Positions 50,401 through 63,316 of a DNA stretch of 64,000 bases are shown here, one piece after another (position 1 is the stretch's first letter; every line of letters starts with the position of its first letter). Below the pieces are notes generated by a model. The model was not told where the DNA came from. It saw nothing but the letters and a program-made list of their open reading frames with translations, and ran no database searches. The stretch lies in NCBI GenBank assembly GCA_002269645.1, contig NIVC01000028.1, positions 248,001-312,000 of the forward strand, read 5' to 3'. Made by a program: the position numbers and the translations under genes. Source of the DNA: Macrostomum lignano (Eukaryota).

Positions 50401-53400
50401 TCACTCTGAAGCCGTACTGCTAGACTCTGGACCGAACTTGAGATATACGGCTATGTAGACCAAGGTGATGAGCTGAAATTTAATGGGAAGATCTGTTTTA
50501 ATATTGTTAAGGTAAGTAGAGGGTGAGTAGAAGGTGAGTAGAGAGTGAGTACAGTGAGTAGAGGGTGAGTAGAGAGTGATTAGAGAATGAGTAGAGAGTG
50601 AGTAGAGGGTGAGTAGAGAGTGAGTACAGTGAGTAGAGAGTGAGTACAGTGAGTAGAGAGTGAGTACAGTGAGTAGAGGGTGAGTAGAGAGTGATTAGAG
50701 AGTGAGTAGAGAGTGAGTAGAGGGTGAGTAGAGAGTGAGTAGAGAGTGAGTACAGTGAGTAGAGAGTGAGTAGAGGGTGAGTAGAGAGTGAGTACAGTGA
50801 GTAGAGGGTGAGTAGAGAGTGAATAGAGAGTGAGTAGAGAGTGAGTACAGTGAGTAGAGAGTGAGTAGAGGGTGAGTAGAGAGTGAGTACAGTGAGTAGA
50901 GGGTGAGTAGAGAGTGAGTAGATAGTGAGTACAGTGAGTAGAGAGTGAGTAGAGGGTGAGTAGAGAGTGAATAGAGAGTGAGTAGAGAGTGAGTACAGTG
51001 AGTAGAGAGTGAGTAGAGGGTGAGTAGAGAGTGAGTACAGTGAGTAGAGGGTGAGTAGAGGGTGAGTAGAGAGTGAGTACAGTGAGTAGAGTGAGTAGAG
51101 GGTGAGTAGAGAGTGAGTACAGTGAGTAGAGGGTTAGTAGAGAGTGAATAGAGAATGAGTAGAGAGTGAGTAGAGGGTGAGTAGAGGGTGAGTAGAGAAT
51201 GAGTAGAGAGTGAGTACAGTGAGTAGAGAGTGAGTACAGTGAGTAGAGAGTGAGTACAGTGAGTAGAGGGTGAGTAGAGAGTGAGTACAGTGAGTAGAGA
51301 GTGAGTACAGTGAGTAGAGAGTGAGTACAGTGAGTAGAGAGTGAGTAGAGGGTGAGTAGAGAGTGAGTACAGTGAGTAGAGGGTGAGTAGAGGGTGAGTA
51401 GAGAGTGAGTACAGTGAGTAGAGAGTGAGTAGAGGGTGAGTAGAGAGTGAGTACAGTGAGTAGAGGGTGAGTAGAGAGTGAATAGAGAATGAGTAGAGAG
51501 TGAGTAGAGGGTGAGTAGAGGGTGAGTAGAGAATGAGTAGAGAGTGAGTACAGTGAGTAGAGAGTGAGTACAGTGAGTAGAGAGTGAGTACAGTGAGTAG
51601 AGGGTGAGTAGAGAGTGAGTACAGTGAGTAGAGGGTGAGTAGAGAGTGAGTACAGTGAGTAGAGAGTGAGTAGAGAGTGAGTAGAGAGTGAGTAGAGGGT
51701 GAGTAGAGTGAGTAGAGGGTGAGTGGTGGAGTGGTAGCCTTAAGCTCCACATAAATCTGTATCACATAACTGCCTTCTGCCTGACTCTCTACGAGTTAGA
51801 TCAGATGAATTAAAAGATCGACGTACATGCATAATGCTGCAGAGAAAGACCTCGATAAGCATGAGCAGCAAGTAGCCGTCGAACGCCTTGAACAAGCTGT
51901 ACAGACAGTCCTGCGAACATCAAAATATGATTTGAGTAAAGAAATCGGTATGTTGTATAGAAATTCGTCAAAAATTTTCCCCACCAACAAATTTCTACCT
52001 CATTGTGAACAAAACCAGCCTCTCTGGCAGCCTTGATATCCTTGGCAAATCGGCATTCGTCAACGTGAGAAGTGCAGCACGAGTCCGGTAGCGTGATGAC
52101 GTGCTTGGCATTGTTGTTAACGTTAATCAGACGGTGCCAGGGCGTGACCAGAAAGATGTTTTCTTTTTCAACTCCGCTGAGACCGCAACAGCTTCTCTGT
52201 TGATTTGGAAAAAAATTGCTTAAATGTATAGAAGAAGTGCGTCCTTAATTGCGATGGTATAATTTCTTTGGTAACGAAAGATCGGGAGTGTCTCTGAAGG
52301 CTGGCTTTGCTAGTAAGAAAATGCTACGTAAATTAAACTTTAAATGTCAGGAGTTCACATTTCATCTTTAGTTGTATCACGAAAACAGTGAACGACTATT
52401 TTCCATTGTTCGAAAACCGGTTTACAACATTAAATTTTAAAACTTCTAAATATGGCAAATGTTAACCTGAAATTGACCCAAGTTTTATCTTGTTGGCCTG
52501 GCCGTACATCGTGTAACTCTCTGACCCTCAAGTGTACAATGCCTGCCCCCCCCGTCACTCTGCGGCCAATCAGCTTGCACGCTTCTTGTTTATCAGGCGC
52601 AACTCCACCCCACGCAAATATCGATTTCTAAATATATATATTGGCGCTCAAAACCGCGCAGTGGCCAACTAAATCTAAAAATCTTTTCTATTCAAAAAAT
52701 CCCACCTGTCAGATGATAAAACTCCTTACTTGACCTCACCCAAAAGAACCGATTGAGGCCAAGGTCGACCTTAAATTGTTTTTAAAAACCAGCGAAAAAT
52801 CCAAGCTAAAATCTTGGACTCGAAGCAGCATCAAAGCTGCCTCATAATAGCTTGAGACTTATCCAGAATCATCACTGGAAAACGGCTACATCTCTAAGAG
52901 AATTTCATAAGGCACTCGTACACACGCTAACACAGGGTGTACAGGCGCCCCCTGAATTTCAAATCGCCAGGGATGTACAGTCTCTGTGCTGATTAGAATT
53001 AGCTGATTAGACTTACATCTGACTGCATTGTGTTGATCATCTCCGTGAACTCGCGTCCATCTGAGATGCTGTTATTACCGTAAAATTTAATCATCATCTC
53101 TCTTATAGTGTTCCTGGTTTCTTTTACATCTTCGACAGCATTGAGGCGAATTCCGTAGTAGGTGATGATACTGCTGAGAAGAGTCAACAGCAGAGCGGCC
53201 ATGAGCTGAAATATTTTTCACCGAAATTGGAAACATATTTTGCCACACAACCGGCGAGAGGCATTACTGCCCATTCCGCCGACTCCCTTGAGCAGGCACA
53301 CACTCACACAGGAGTGCACAGCGGTCTGAACTTTAGGCATGTACACTTCACTGTGCCTTGGGGTTGGTCCTCAAGGGGCGTTAATTGCACGAGCAGAGCC

Positions 53401-53949
53401 AAACCGAGATTTCAATTTAGACACAAATTTATGTGACTGGTATCGAATCGAGGTGCTTGCTAAAGCCCCTGGTGCTTGCTAAAGCCCCTGGTACTTGCTA
53501 AAGCCCCTGGTACTTGCTAAAGCCCCTGGTGCTGGCGTCTCTGATGCTAAAGCCCCAGTGCTAAAGCCCCCAGTGCTAAAGCCTCCAGTGCTAAAGCCCT
53601 TCCCCCCCCCCTGGTGCTGGCATCCCTGGTGCTAAAGCCCTAAAGCCTGGTGCTAATACTTAAATAAGCTACACTAGCAACTCACGGCGAAGTACATCCA
53701 CCTGTAGCCCAGTAGAGTTGTAGCAATTCCAGCAATGCCAAGCAGCAAGTCGGCGAGGCCAAGTCCAATACTGGTGACGCCTTTGGCGTAGGAACCAACC
53801 TCTGCATAGCCAAGTAAGTCATCTTTGTTACTCACTCGCTTGGCTCTGACTGCACCTGAGGCAATGAGCACGATGCCAGACACAATGAAGCTGCCATACA
53901 GCACTAGAGGGAAAATTCGCCAGAACAGTGGCGGCAGCCGGCTCAGCAT
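50401..53949 (-). CDS. Tetraspanin family protein (268 aa, 5 exons)
   Basis: Exons 53949-53686, 53205-53017, 52196-51999, 51910-51827 and 50472-50401, all joined by phase-0 GT-AG introns. Four hydrophobic segments, and a large extracellular loop with CCG, PDSCC and two more Cys (6-Cys type). Confidence 0.9.
50515..51725. repeat. Compound 9/11-bp minisatellite (GAGTACAGT / GAGTAGAGAGT) in tetraspanin intron 4
   Basis: Read directly from the sequence. Confidence 0.95.
53455..53655. repeat. GCTAAAGCCCCTGGT repeats in tetraspanin intron 1
   Basis: Degenerate tandem units. Confidence 0.85.
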
Positions 53950-55343
53950 TGCAATTCGAGTTTAAGTTGAACTAAAAAGCGTTCTATGTAGCGCTATAGC
54001 TCGTACTATCCTGCATCAAATCAGGATATTGAATGCGCTTTAGTTGCCAAAGATCGAGAGTGTTAAATTTTTAGCCAGCCATAGACATTCGGACTTCTTG
54101 AACTTTAGGTAAAAAAATACTTCCAATTTTCCAACTTTTTCTGAAACTTTCGCCTGAGTCTTAGAGGCTGTCCAAAATTATAGTAAAGCAATAAAACTGA
54201 AAAAGGTACTTTCAGAGGTAGCAGGACATCGATTTTGTTAATCTTGTATGCAATTAGTGATAATTTGATACAAGCAGTTTCAAACCTAGGACCCCCCCAA
54301 CTGGTCTCGGAATTTTTCTACCTAATCTTCAATAGACTCCCATGCCTCTATTGAAGCTTAGGTACGTAAACTCTATTCCCATGAAGATTCTCCCAACCCT
54401 AAAACCCCCATTCCCAATGCCCCGGTTATTGCTGGTTGTCAGTGTGACATCGTGACACGATGAACTTTGCAATAGGTTGCATGCACTGATTGAAGCAGTG
54501 GCGATTGTTATTGACCGGCTTAGAGATTTGTTTGGTTTGTATTCAACCCCCACCCCATGCGCGCGATTGAATATGTCTGCACCCACCACCTCATTGCTAA
54601 CTAATAAATATTGTCAGCCTAGCTCTCAAGCGAGCACTTTCTCACTCCTGCAATTCCACACTTCTGCCTCGGTTAACAAAGTTATCACAGTCAGCCCCCC
54701 ATCCCCCCTGAGACCCCCCTCAGTCTCGGAATTTATCTACCTACTCTTCAATAGACCCCCGTGCCTCTATTGATGTTTAAGCATGCAAAATCAATCCCCA
54801 TGAAAATTCTCCCCACCCTAAAACCCCCATTCCCCATTCCCCTGTGGTTGGCTTTAAGCTACGAAAAAATGAGGCTCAAATTTGAAATCAGCACCATCAA
54901 AAAACCCCGTAGAGACAAAATTATGATCATACAATCGAAACTGCAACTATTTTATCTAGCTAAAGTTCAAGAAGTCCGGACATTCTTCTGTCCGATCTAA
55001 TAAATTTGGGTATTCGCGGTACACCTCAGGGTACATCTTCGTCGTTCTTGACAAAGCGTCTGAACCTATTTTACTATATTTTGCCAACTTCCACGTGCTC
55101 CACAAAGACCTGCTCTCTGTTTCTGTGAGTCTGACAGCGTCCAAGTCTATAGGTGTTGTATAAAGCAAGGACGGTCTCTCGACCTTGGCCTCGAGTGCTA
55201 CTATTCTATAGTTGCTTCATGCAGTAAACGGCGAAAAAATGTTCCAGGCCTCTCTTTTCTACTAACAGTAGAAGCGAAGGGCCTAATGTACCGGATGTAC
55301 AGAAATGATTAGGTCATTCTCCTCACAGTGATACCAGTAATCA

Positions 55344-55508
55344 GGGTTTTGGTAAAAACGAAAAAATGGACCTGGGGGAGCAAGCAAGCAAATGGATAAT
55401 TAGGGACTATTAAGTCCAGTTAAGCTCATAAAGTAGAGTCCCTAATTATCACCTTGCTTGTTCTCCCTTATCCCAAGTCCAATTTTCATCGCTTTTATCG
55501 CCAAACCC
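55344..55508. mobile_element. Imperfect palindrome of about 165 bp (MITE-like)
   Basis: GATAATTAGGGACT (55395) and AGTCCCTAATTATC (55437) form a perfect stem that is extended by imperfect outer arms. Confidence 0.65.
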
Positions 55509-57025
55509 AGCAGGTTACTCAGGCTCCACTTTATGAGTTTAAATTGACAGGCCCTTTACCCTAATAGCATAAATTTTATTAAGTGTCCAGCATATTTTCA
55601 GAACAAGATTTTGGTAATAAAAGTCCTTAAATCTAAATGAACTGACTTGGTAATTAAAAGAAGATTCAGGAGAAGAACAGAATAATGGGAGCTAAAAATG
55701 CATCACTGAAAGAATCTAGAATTGTCCAGCAGGCAGGTATAGCCTCATGACTAAGCACTGTTTCACTTAAATTAGCTTGTGGGCTATAAAAAAGCTGGCA
55801 TCCGATTTAATTATTATTTTGTTGACTTGAAGGCGCAGGGAGTTTGAGGCTGGTGAAGGGGAGCTGTAGCGCTAAGTTGGGGATGACTGGGTTGCCTAGG
55901 CAACTACCTGCATAATGTACATCTAAGCCTTGATACATTTGGGCTAGATATAGCAATATTATTTTATGTTTTAAATTGCAATTGAAGTTAAGGAGACCCA
56001 GTATCAAGTGTCTGGAGTGACAACACTTTTTCTTTAAACCCTCCTCCACTTTTTGGACATCTGTAGGTTGATAAAATTATCCCCTATTTGAGTAAAATAT
56101 TGCACCACCGGCCAGTCACCGAAAGACGTTTTGAAACGCAAGCGATTTTTACGCGGAAATTCTGAGCTGATTCTTTGACACCGAATGAAGTTCTGAATGA
56201 ATGACACAGAAAAGACCACCAGAGCGTAGCGGTTCTTAAAGACAATTTTGTAAAATTTGTTTATCTAAACTGAAGCTATGTAAATTTTATTAAAACATCA
56301 GATATTGCACAGTGAAACGACTGTAATTATAAGGTGTTTTAAAATATTTGGGGGGGGGGGTAGTTGGGGGAAGGCCTGCTTCTCCAGGTACCTGTACTCA
56401 GGTCGCCTTGACTCAAATGGACACCAGGCCTGTACATGTACACTTGTATATCATTTCCTACCCGCATCTGACGGACCTCTCCCATTATTTTGAACCGTAG
56501 AATGTCAACAGAAGCTGGCACAGAGCTACATAGGAATGCTGTTTTGCAGCTGATGGGTAAAATTATTTCACAGTCTTCTGCTATAATTCCCCAGTTCACA
56601 CACACACACAAACGATACAGGGATGCATTGGGGTGCCGATTTCATAGCTAAACATTTTCAATCTTATTGGTTCATGACAGAATGGGTCAAGCATGTATAC
56701 AGTTTTTTTTGGACTGCAAGTCTGTAATTTTATGGTCAATAAATGCCTTTTAATCCAGATATCTAGCCAAAACGTTCATTACCCATATGGAATCAGAATC
56801 TTTGGAAACAAATTTTTGTTGGCTGAGTTCTTTGTATTTGTAGATAACACCGTAAATGTCTAGAAACTGAGTACAGTATAACAAAAGTAAAAATTTAACT
56901 TTAAATATCTGTTGAATGAATGTTTCTTTAGTTGTGAAATTTAATTAATATTTATTAACTCGCCAGTAAAAACTTATTGTTGAATAGTTTTCTAAGAAAT
57001 AAAGCCTAATGATAATAAGCCAGGC

Positions 57026-57417
57026 CAGGGGTCGGAAAACCCGGCTCGCGGGCCAGATACGGCCCGCCAAGCTTCTCTATCCCGCACTCGGGCCCTTTAA
57101 AACTTCACAGTAGCAATCCAGTGTTTGCATCTCTTCTCAGCGCTATTCTCTCTCATCTCCCTTCCCCTATCCTCTCCTCTCTGCTCTCCACTCCTCTTCT
57201 CTCCTCTCCTCTCTCCTCTTCTCTCCTCTCTGCTCTCCTCTCCTCTCGCTCCTCTCCTCTATTCTTTCTCCTCTCTTCTCCTTTATTCCCTCTTCTCTCA
57301 ATTCCCCTATATCCCTTATCTCTTCTACATTGCCCTTCTTCTCTCTTGTTCCGGCCCGCAGTCATGCTCTAGGTTCTCTATCTGGCCCTTAAGGTAAAAA
57401 AAGTTTGCGGACCCCTG
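57026..57417. mobile_element. hAT (Charlie-like) MITE; related fragment at about 37765-37835
   Basis: TIRs CAGGGGTCGGAAAAC and GTTTGCGGACCCCTG, with subterminal GGCCCGC motifs. The 8-bp flanks do not match cleanly. Confidence 0.65.
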
Positions 57418-57595
57418 CTGTAGGTGAAGGACTAAACACTGATGCTTACGGTATGAAAACTTTTCAAATATCAATATATGTAGCCGTGTCTCTGGCTAAG
57501 TAATCTTTACGCGAAACGCCGCTAGTGTTCATAAAGATGTTTCAGTTCGGTAGAGGGCTCAGCATTCCGTGTGACATTCCGTGTAATCTCCGAGC

Positions 57596-58505
57596 TCAGT
57601 TTCGTACAAAGTAGTCCCCAACCACGCTGCTCATGCTGGCAGGCGGGCTGGCGTACTTCAACAGGTAGCACAGCTTCTGCTGCCCGTTGAATATCGCCGC
57701 CTGACATTCGGTGGACTTGGCGGCGCACTTGGCCAGGCACTCGAACTTGCCATCGGCGGTCACATTCCAGAATGTGAACGGCGCCTCCACTGACTGGCTG
57801 GGCCTCGGCGACAATTTGAAGTAGCCGGCAGCTGAAAGCATTGACGGAGGATCAAAGAACGTTGAAGTGATATATTCCAGGTGATATTTTGGTTTTGAGA
57901 CAGCCATCTATTACATCTCGCCCACAGACTCAACTATCTCGCCTATCTTATACAGAAACAACCATAGGCTCTCTCGGCAAGACAAATCTCTCTCAGAACC
58001 ATGATAAACTTTGAGCATCTGTGACATGATTATATCGCTTAGTAAAAAAATCAGAGGCTCATCTCAATGCTCAGTAGGGAGAGTAGCTGTAAACCAACTG
58101 AAAAGACGTTAACTCACCGGCATAGGTCAGAGCGAACACCGAGTTCCGGAAGCCGGCGCCACAGTTCTGGCTGGAATTACCAGAGCAAGCTGTGACGCAT
58201 TCTGTTGAACTGCGTGGCCCGTATTTTCCGTAAGACTCTCCGCAAAAACAGTAGCTGGCGTGCTGCAAACCGAAGTAGGGGAACTCGCCAAGAGCGCAGA
58301 TGTCGCGGCAAACTTCATGAGACATGCTCGCGCTCAGGATTCTCATGTCTGCAACGTTGATTCCGTTGATGCTAGTGATGTTTTCCAGTGCGGTCATGTC
58401 TCTGGGCCAGCCGTCAACGTAGCAGCCAATGTAGGAATATTCGACAATTCGTGCAGCCACAAAGGCAATCGCGAAAAGTGTCAGTAGAATTTGCAGCAAG
58501 AGCAT
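57596..58505 (-). CDS. Secreted WSC + PAN/Apple protein, paralog 4 (207 aa)
   Basis: Exons 58505-58118 and 57831-57596 joined by a phase-1 intron. Signal peptide, WSC domain, then PAN-like CLAKC..ECQAA..LCYL. Confidence 0.85.
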
Positions 58506-60187
58506 TGTGCTGAGCTTCTGCTGCCCAAGCTAACAAGCAGGTGTGCGGCTACAGTTTTTTTAATAAAAACCTTTTGCGTTTTTAAATAGAAGGAAGGCTG
58601 TGGTCCAAATTAATATCATCCAATGAGATTGCTGAGTATGCAGGATACTGAGTGAGCACGTTTAAATATTCATAATTGATAAGGCTTGAGGTGACTCATT
58701 TAAGGGCGTGGGCGTAGCCATTGGCGGCAAGGGGGCTGCCCCCCCCACAATAGGTCGGCAAAAGTAGTCCTGGCAACCCCAACGGGGCAGAGCAGCCAAG
58801 CTCACCTGACTCTCTCGCTCCGCGACCCGTGCGGGGCCACATTCATTTAGGGCTTGTTGCAAGAAGAATTCACCAAGGGATTGTCGTTCCATTCACACGC
58901 ATGAGCTGGCCGACCAACAAGGCACAGACAGTGTACATGCTTGATGATCAGAAAGTCAGTGCCGCTGTACACCCTGTGTGAGCGTATGTGTACGGCTCGT
59001 ATGAGTAGGTGCCTGCGTACAGTATTGGTGCACTTGCACAGTATGTGCTCAGGAGCAGTGGAAAGGGCAGAATTTCCGTCAGCACTGGTTGTGGGACGTG
59101 GACGATTGCCAGGGTGCCCGCAACCCTCCTGCAGTTGTCATTGTCATGGTGCTTCCACGTTGGCGCCTCCGCGATGGCGCCCCTGGTGTAAAAAACCCAA
59201 GGCAATAAGAAACTGTACGTATGCTCGCAAAAACAGTTTGCTCATGTTAACACTGGATGATATGGACGAATTATAACTCTCGTATTATTTGAAGGCCATT
59301 CGGGCGGTCGTGCGCTCGTTCCAGCTCCTGATTCACATCTAGAAATTGGAGTAGTTAGAGTCCGGAACTTTCTACGCCCTCTGTCGATCAAAAACGTCCT
59401 AAGAGCACTGCTTTATAATATTCTCACTCCAGTTGAACCTCAAGCACTTATTGCAATCGACTTATTCCACTTGGTTATGCCAGTTGGTATCCAAAAGAAC
59501 GAAACACTTGGTACGTGTTATAATCGATTTTGCATTAAAATTTTCGAGAAATTTCTGACAGGGCTGACTGACTGTTACTGGGCAATGCAATGAATGCAAT
59601 GAGTTATAAAGCTACGAGTGAAAGTCCCCCAGTCACTGGTATGAGCATAGTTTCTGGTGGACTGATTTATCTACTCGGAACAGAGTCACCACTGAGCCTC
59701 CTCTCCCTCCGGCAAAGGCCAATGAGTCCTCTCGCTTGCTGCAGTAGCAGAAGTAGGCCTTTCCTTGGTCCCTCTGGCCCGCTCATTCACGGTGCCTGAC
59801 AAACATAGTTGTTAAATTGAGACTGAAGCGAACACAAGATACAGAATAGGAGTAGTCCAAAATATTAACTTCGGTAACTAACCGATTTCTCTCAATTTTC
59901 TTGATTGCTTGCTTCTCTTCTAAAGAAAAATTCTTACAAGAGGCAACCTAGTTAAATAGAGAGAAATAAAAACAAGAAACCGGGACCAGTCCTCTAAACT
60001 TCTTCGACCACAACGATCAGCCTTAAGTATACGACCGGTAAGCTCGGTTCCCTGTGTTCTTCTTTCGGGACTGCCAGACCCGCTACCACACATGTAGGTC
60101 ACATATTCGTATACCGATGTAATAGTAGGAGACATTCAAGCTTCAGCTACCATACTCATAACTGTATTTATAAAAAGAAGGCCAACG

Positions 60188-60905
60188 CCTCTGGATCCAG
60201 GCCCTACTCTGTGCATCCCAATTCCTCTGGACCCTGGCTCTACTCTGTGCATCCCAATCCCTCTGGACCCTGGCTCTACTCTGTGCATCCCAATTCCTCT
60301 GGACCCTGGCTCTACTCTGTGCATCCCAATGTCTCTGGACCCTGGCTCTACTCTGTGCATCCCAATGTCTCTGGACCCTGGCTCTACTCTGTGCATCCCA
60401 ATCCCTCTGAACCCTGGCTCTACTCTGTGCATCCCAATCCCTCTGAACCCTGGCTCTACTCTGTGCATCCCAATGTCTCTGGACCCTGGCTCTACTCTGT
60501 GCATCCCAATCCCTCTGAACCCTGGCTCTACTCTGTGCATCCCAATCCCTCTGAACCCTGGCTCTACTCTGTGCATCCCAATCCCTCTGGACCCAGGCTC
60601 TACTCAGTGCATCCCAATCCCTCTGGACCCTGGCTCTACTCTGTGCATCCCAATCCCTCTGGACCCAGGCTCTACTCTGTGCATCCCAATGTCTCTGGAT
60701 CCAGGCTCTACTCTGTGCATCCCAATCCCTCTGGACCCAGGCTCTACTCTGTGCATCCCAATCCCTCTGGACCCAGGCTCTACTCTGTGCATCCCAATGT
60801 CTCTGGACCCAGGCCCTACTCTGTGCATCCCAATTCCTCTGGACCCTGGCTCTACTCTGAGCACCCCAATGCCTCTGGACCCTGGCTCTACTCTGTGCAT
60901 CCAAT
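60188..60905. repeat. 36-bp minisatellite (GGACCCTGGCTCTACTCTGTGCATCCCAATCCCTCT), about 20 units
   Basis: Read directly from the sequence. Confidence 0.95.
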
Positions 60906-61053
60906 CCTTCACATTCACAAACTTCACAAAATTTCACATCGCTGACGATATTGAACTTTGTCGGTATGAAATTTCGACGTCAACTGCATGTACGTAACAT
61001 ATTCTATCATTCAATGTGAAATTTTCAACTTATGTGAAACAACTTCATGGCAC

Positions 61054-62664
61054 TCAGTTTCGTACAAAGTAGTCCCCAGCCACGCTGCTCATGCTGGCAG
61101 GCGGGCTGGCGTACTTCAACAGGTAGCACAGCTTCTGCTGCCCGCTGAATATCACCGCCTGACATTCGGTGGACTTGGCGGCGCACTTGGCCAGGCACTC
61201 GAATTTGCCATTAGCCGTCACGGTCCAGAATGTTAGCGGCGCCTCGACTGACTGTCTGGGCCTCGGCGACAATTTGAAGTAGCCGGCGGCTGAAAGCATT
61301 GGCGGAGCAGTGATGCAACAGATATTGGGTGGAGAGGAGAGCGAGCAGTCGTGAAGGTTGATTGCCCAGCTCGAGTCAATCTAATTTATGTTGAAATAGA
61401 TAAGACAGAATTTTTTAGACTGCTTCTTCAGATTGCACATGATCTTACGTCACTTTTCCAATTCACACGGGATTTGAAGGCTCAATTAAAAAACGTTGAC
61501 TACTCGATTTTTTTTCTTTTGTAGCACTTATTTCTAAGCAGCATAAAAATATTTAAAGGAATATCTCTGTAACTGTGTAAAAAATCGCTACAATGCACAA
61601 TAAAACTCTATAAGAAATCTCCATTTCTACAAGACACCTCTATCTCTACAAGACACCTCTATCTCTACAAGACACCTCTATCTCTACAAGACACCTCTAT
61701 CTCTACAAGACACCTCAATCTCTACAAGACACCTCTATCTCTACAAGACACACCGATCTCTACAAGACACCTCCATCTCTACAAGACACCTCCATCTTTA
61801 CAAGAAACCTCCATCTCTACAAGACACCTCCATCTCTATAAGACACATCCATCTCTACAAGACACCTCCATCTCTATAAGACACCTCCATATCTATAAGA
61901 CACCTCCGTCTCTACAAGACACATCCATCTCTAAAAGACACCTGCATCTCTGCAAGTCACACCCATCTCTATATTTAAGACACATCCATCTCTATAAAAC
62001 GCATTCTCCTCTATTAAAAGCAACCTTGCTAATACTATTAGACAAAACGATCTTTATCAAACACAAACATCTCACAAAGACACAACACAGTCTCTTATAC
62101 TGTCACTATAAAATATGCAACAACCTTCACTATAAACTTACATGTGAGACAACCTTCTCGATACTATAGGACGCAACGATATTTGATACGACACAAACGT
62201 CCGTATAAGCTACAAGCAACTCTATAAGACAGTAGGTAGAAAATGCAACACTCACCGGCGTAGGTCAGAGCGAACACCGAGTTCAGGAAGGCGCCGCCAC
62301 AATTTTTTTTCCCATTTCCCGAGCAAGCTTTATTGCATCTGGTTAAACTGCGAGGACCGTATCTTCCGTAAGACTCGCCACAAAAACAGTAGCTGGCGTA
62401 TTGCAAGCCGAAGTAGGGGAACTCGCCCAGAGAGCAGATGTCGCGGCAAACTTCGTGAGACATGCTCGTGCTCAGGATTCTCATGTCTGCAACGTTAATT
62501 CCGTTTATGCTAGTGATGTTTTTCAGTGCGGTCATGTCTCTGGGCCTGCCGTCACCGTAGCAGCCAATGTAGGAATATTCAACGATTCTTGCATCCACAG
62601 AAGCAGCCGATACAGCAGCCAGAAATATCTGCAGCATGAGCATTTTGGTCAGTGCCCACGGCAC
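61054..62664 (-). CDS. Secreted WSC + PAN/Apple protein, paralog 5 (207 aa from ATG 62643, or 214 aa from ATG 62664)
   Basis: Exons 62664/62643-62256 and 61289-61054 joined by a phase-1 intron. Close paralog of paralog 4. Confidence 0.85.
61625..61995. repeat. 19-bp minisatellite (CTCTACAAGACACCTCCAT) in the intron of paralog 5
   Basis: Read directly from the sequence. Confidence 0.9.
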
Positions 62665-63046
62665 AGTGCGAACTACGCTCGTATGATTTTATCAAGCAAC
62701 CATGTGTTTTCAAGGAAATTTCCAGCCACTTATAATAAGCAGTATAACCTGTTTCAAGTGATTTTTTATCTTGCCTGTCAAATATTTGTCAAGAACTACA
62801 CGGCGTCTCGATATCCAGCAGGCGTCATTCCATTGGACTCACTTCTTAAGTATTCAATTATGTTTTTTCATCCCTAACGAAAGTCGGCAATTAGTGCCTG
62901 AGTGTTATTGCAGAAAGGCGAGACAAGTGTGGCAGATCCATTTTATTGATGAAGTCAGTCAAAAAATCTAATGGCTATACTCAAAACACCAACCGTGACG
63001 AGTTCCCAACTCGAGGGCGAAATTTTAGTACGACATGTACGACATG

Positions 63047-63131
<85 letters not shown>

Positions 63132-63132
63132 G

Positions 63133-63206
<74 letters not shown>

Positions 63207-63207
63207 G

Positions 63208-63248
<41 letters not shown>

Positions 63249-63252
63249 GCTG

Positions 63253-63290
<38 letters not shown>

Positions 63291-63316
63291 GCTACTACTA
63301 CTACTACTACTACTAA
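63047..63316. repeat. (CTA)n microsatellite
   Basis: Read directly from the sequence. Confidence 0.98.

Noticed and set aside
50580-51765. ORFs of 356-390 aa rich in Thr/His/Ser/Leu on the tetraspanin strand
   Set aside because: They lie in an intronic minisatellite. The tetraspanin splices cleanly around it (51827 to 50472).
52755-55192. 14-bp perfect inverted repeat (GAGGCCAAGGTCGA) enclosing tetraspanin exons 1-2, suggesting gene capture
   Set aside because: Several 14-bp inverted matches are expected by chance in 64 kb, and there is no TSD or extension.
58700-59200. GC-rich GGCGTAGCC...GCCCCCCC motif suggesting a transposon end
   Set aside because: I could not locate a matching opposite terminus or TSD.
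60136-60997. Repeat-protein ORFs (AQSRARVQRDWD, HPNPSGPWLYSV)
   Set aside because: A 36-bp minisatellite open in nearly all frames, with no signal peptide or exon context.
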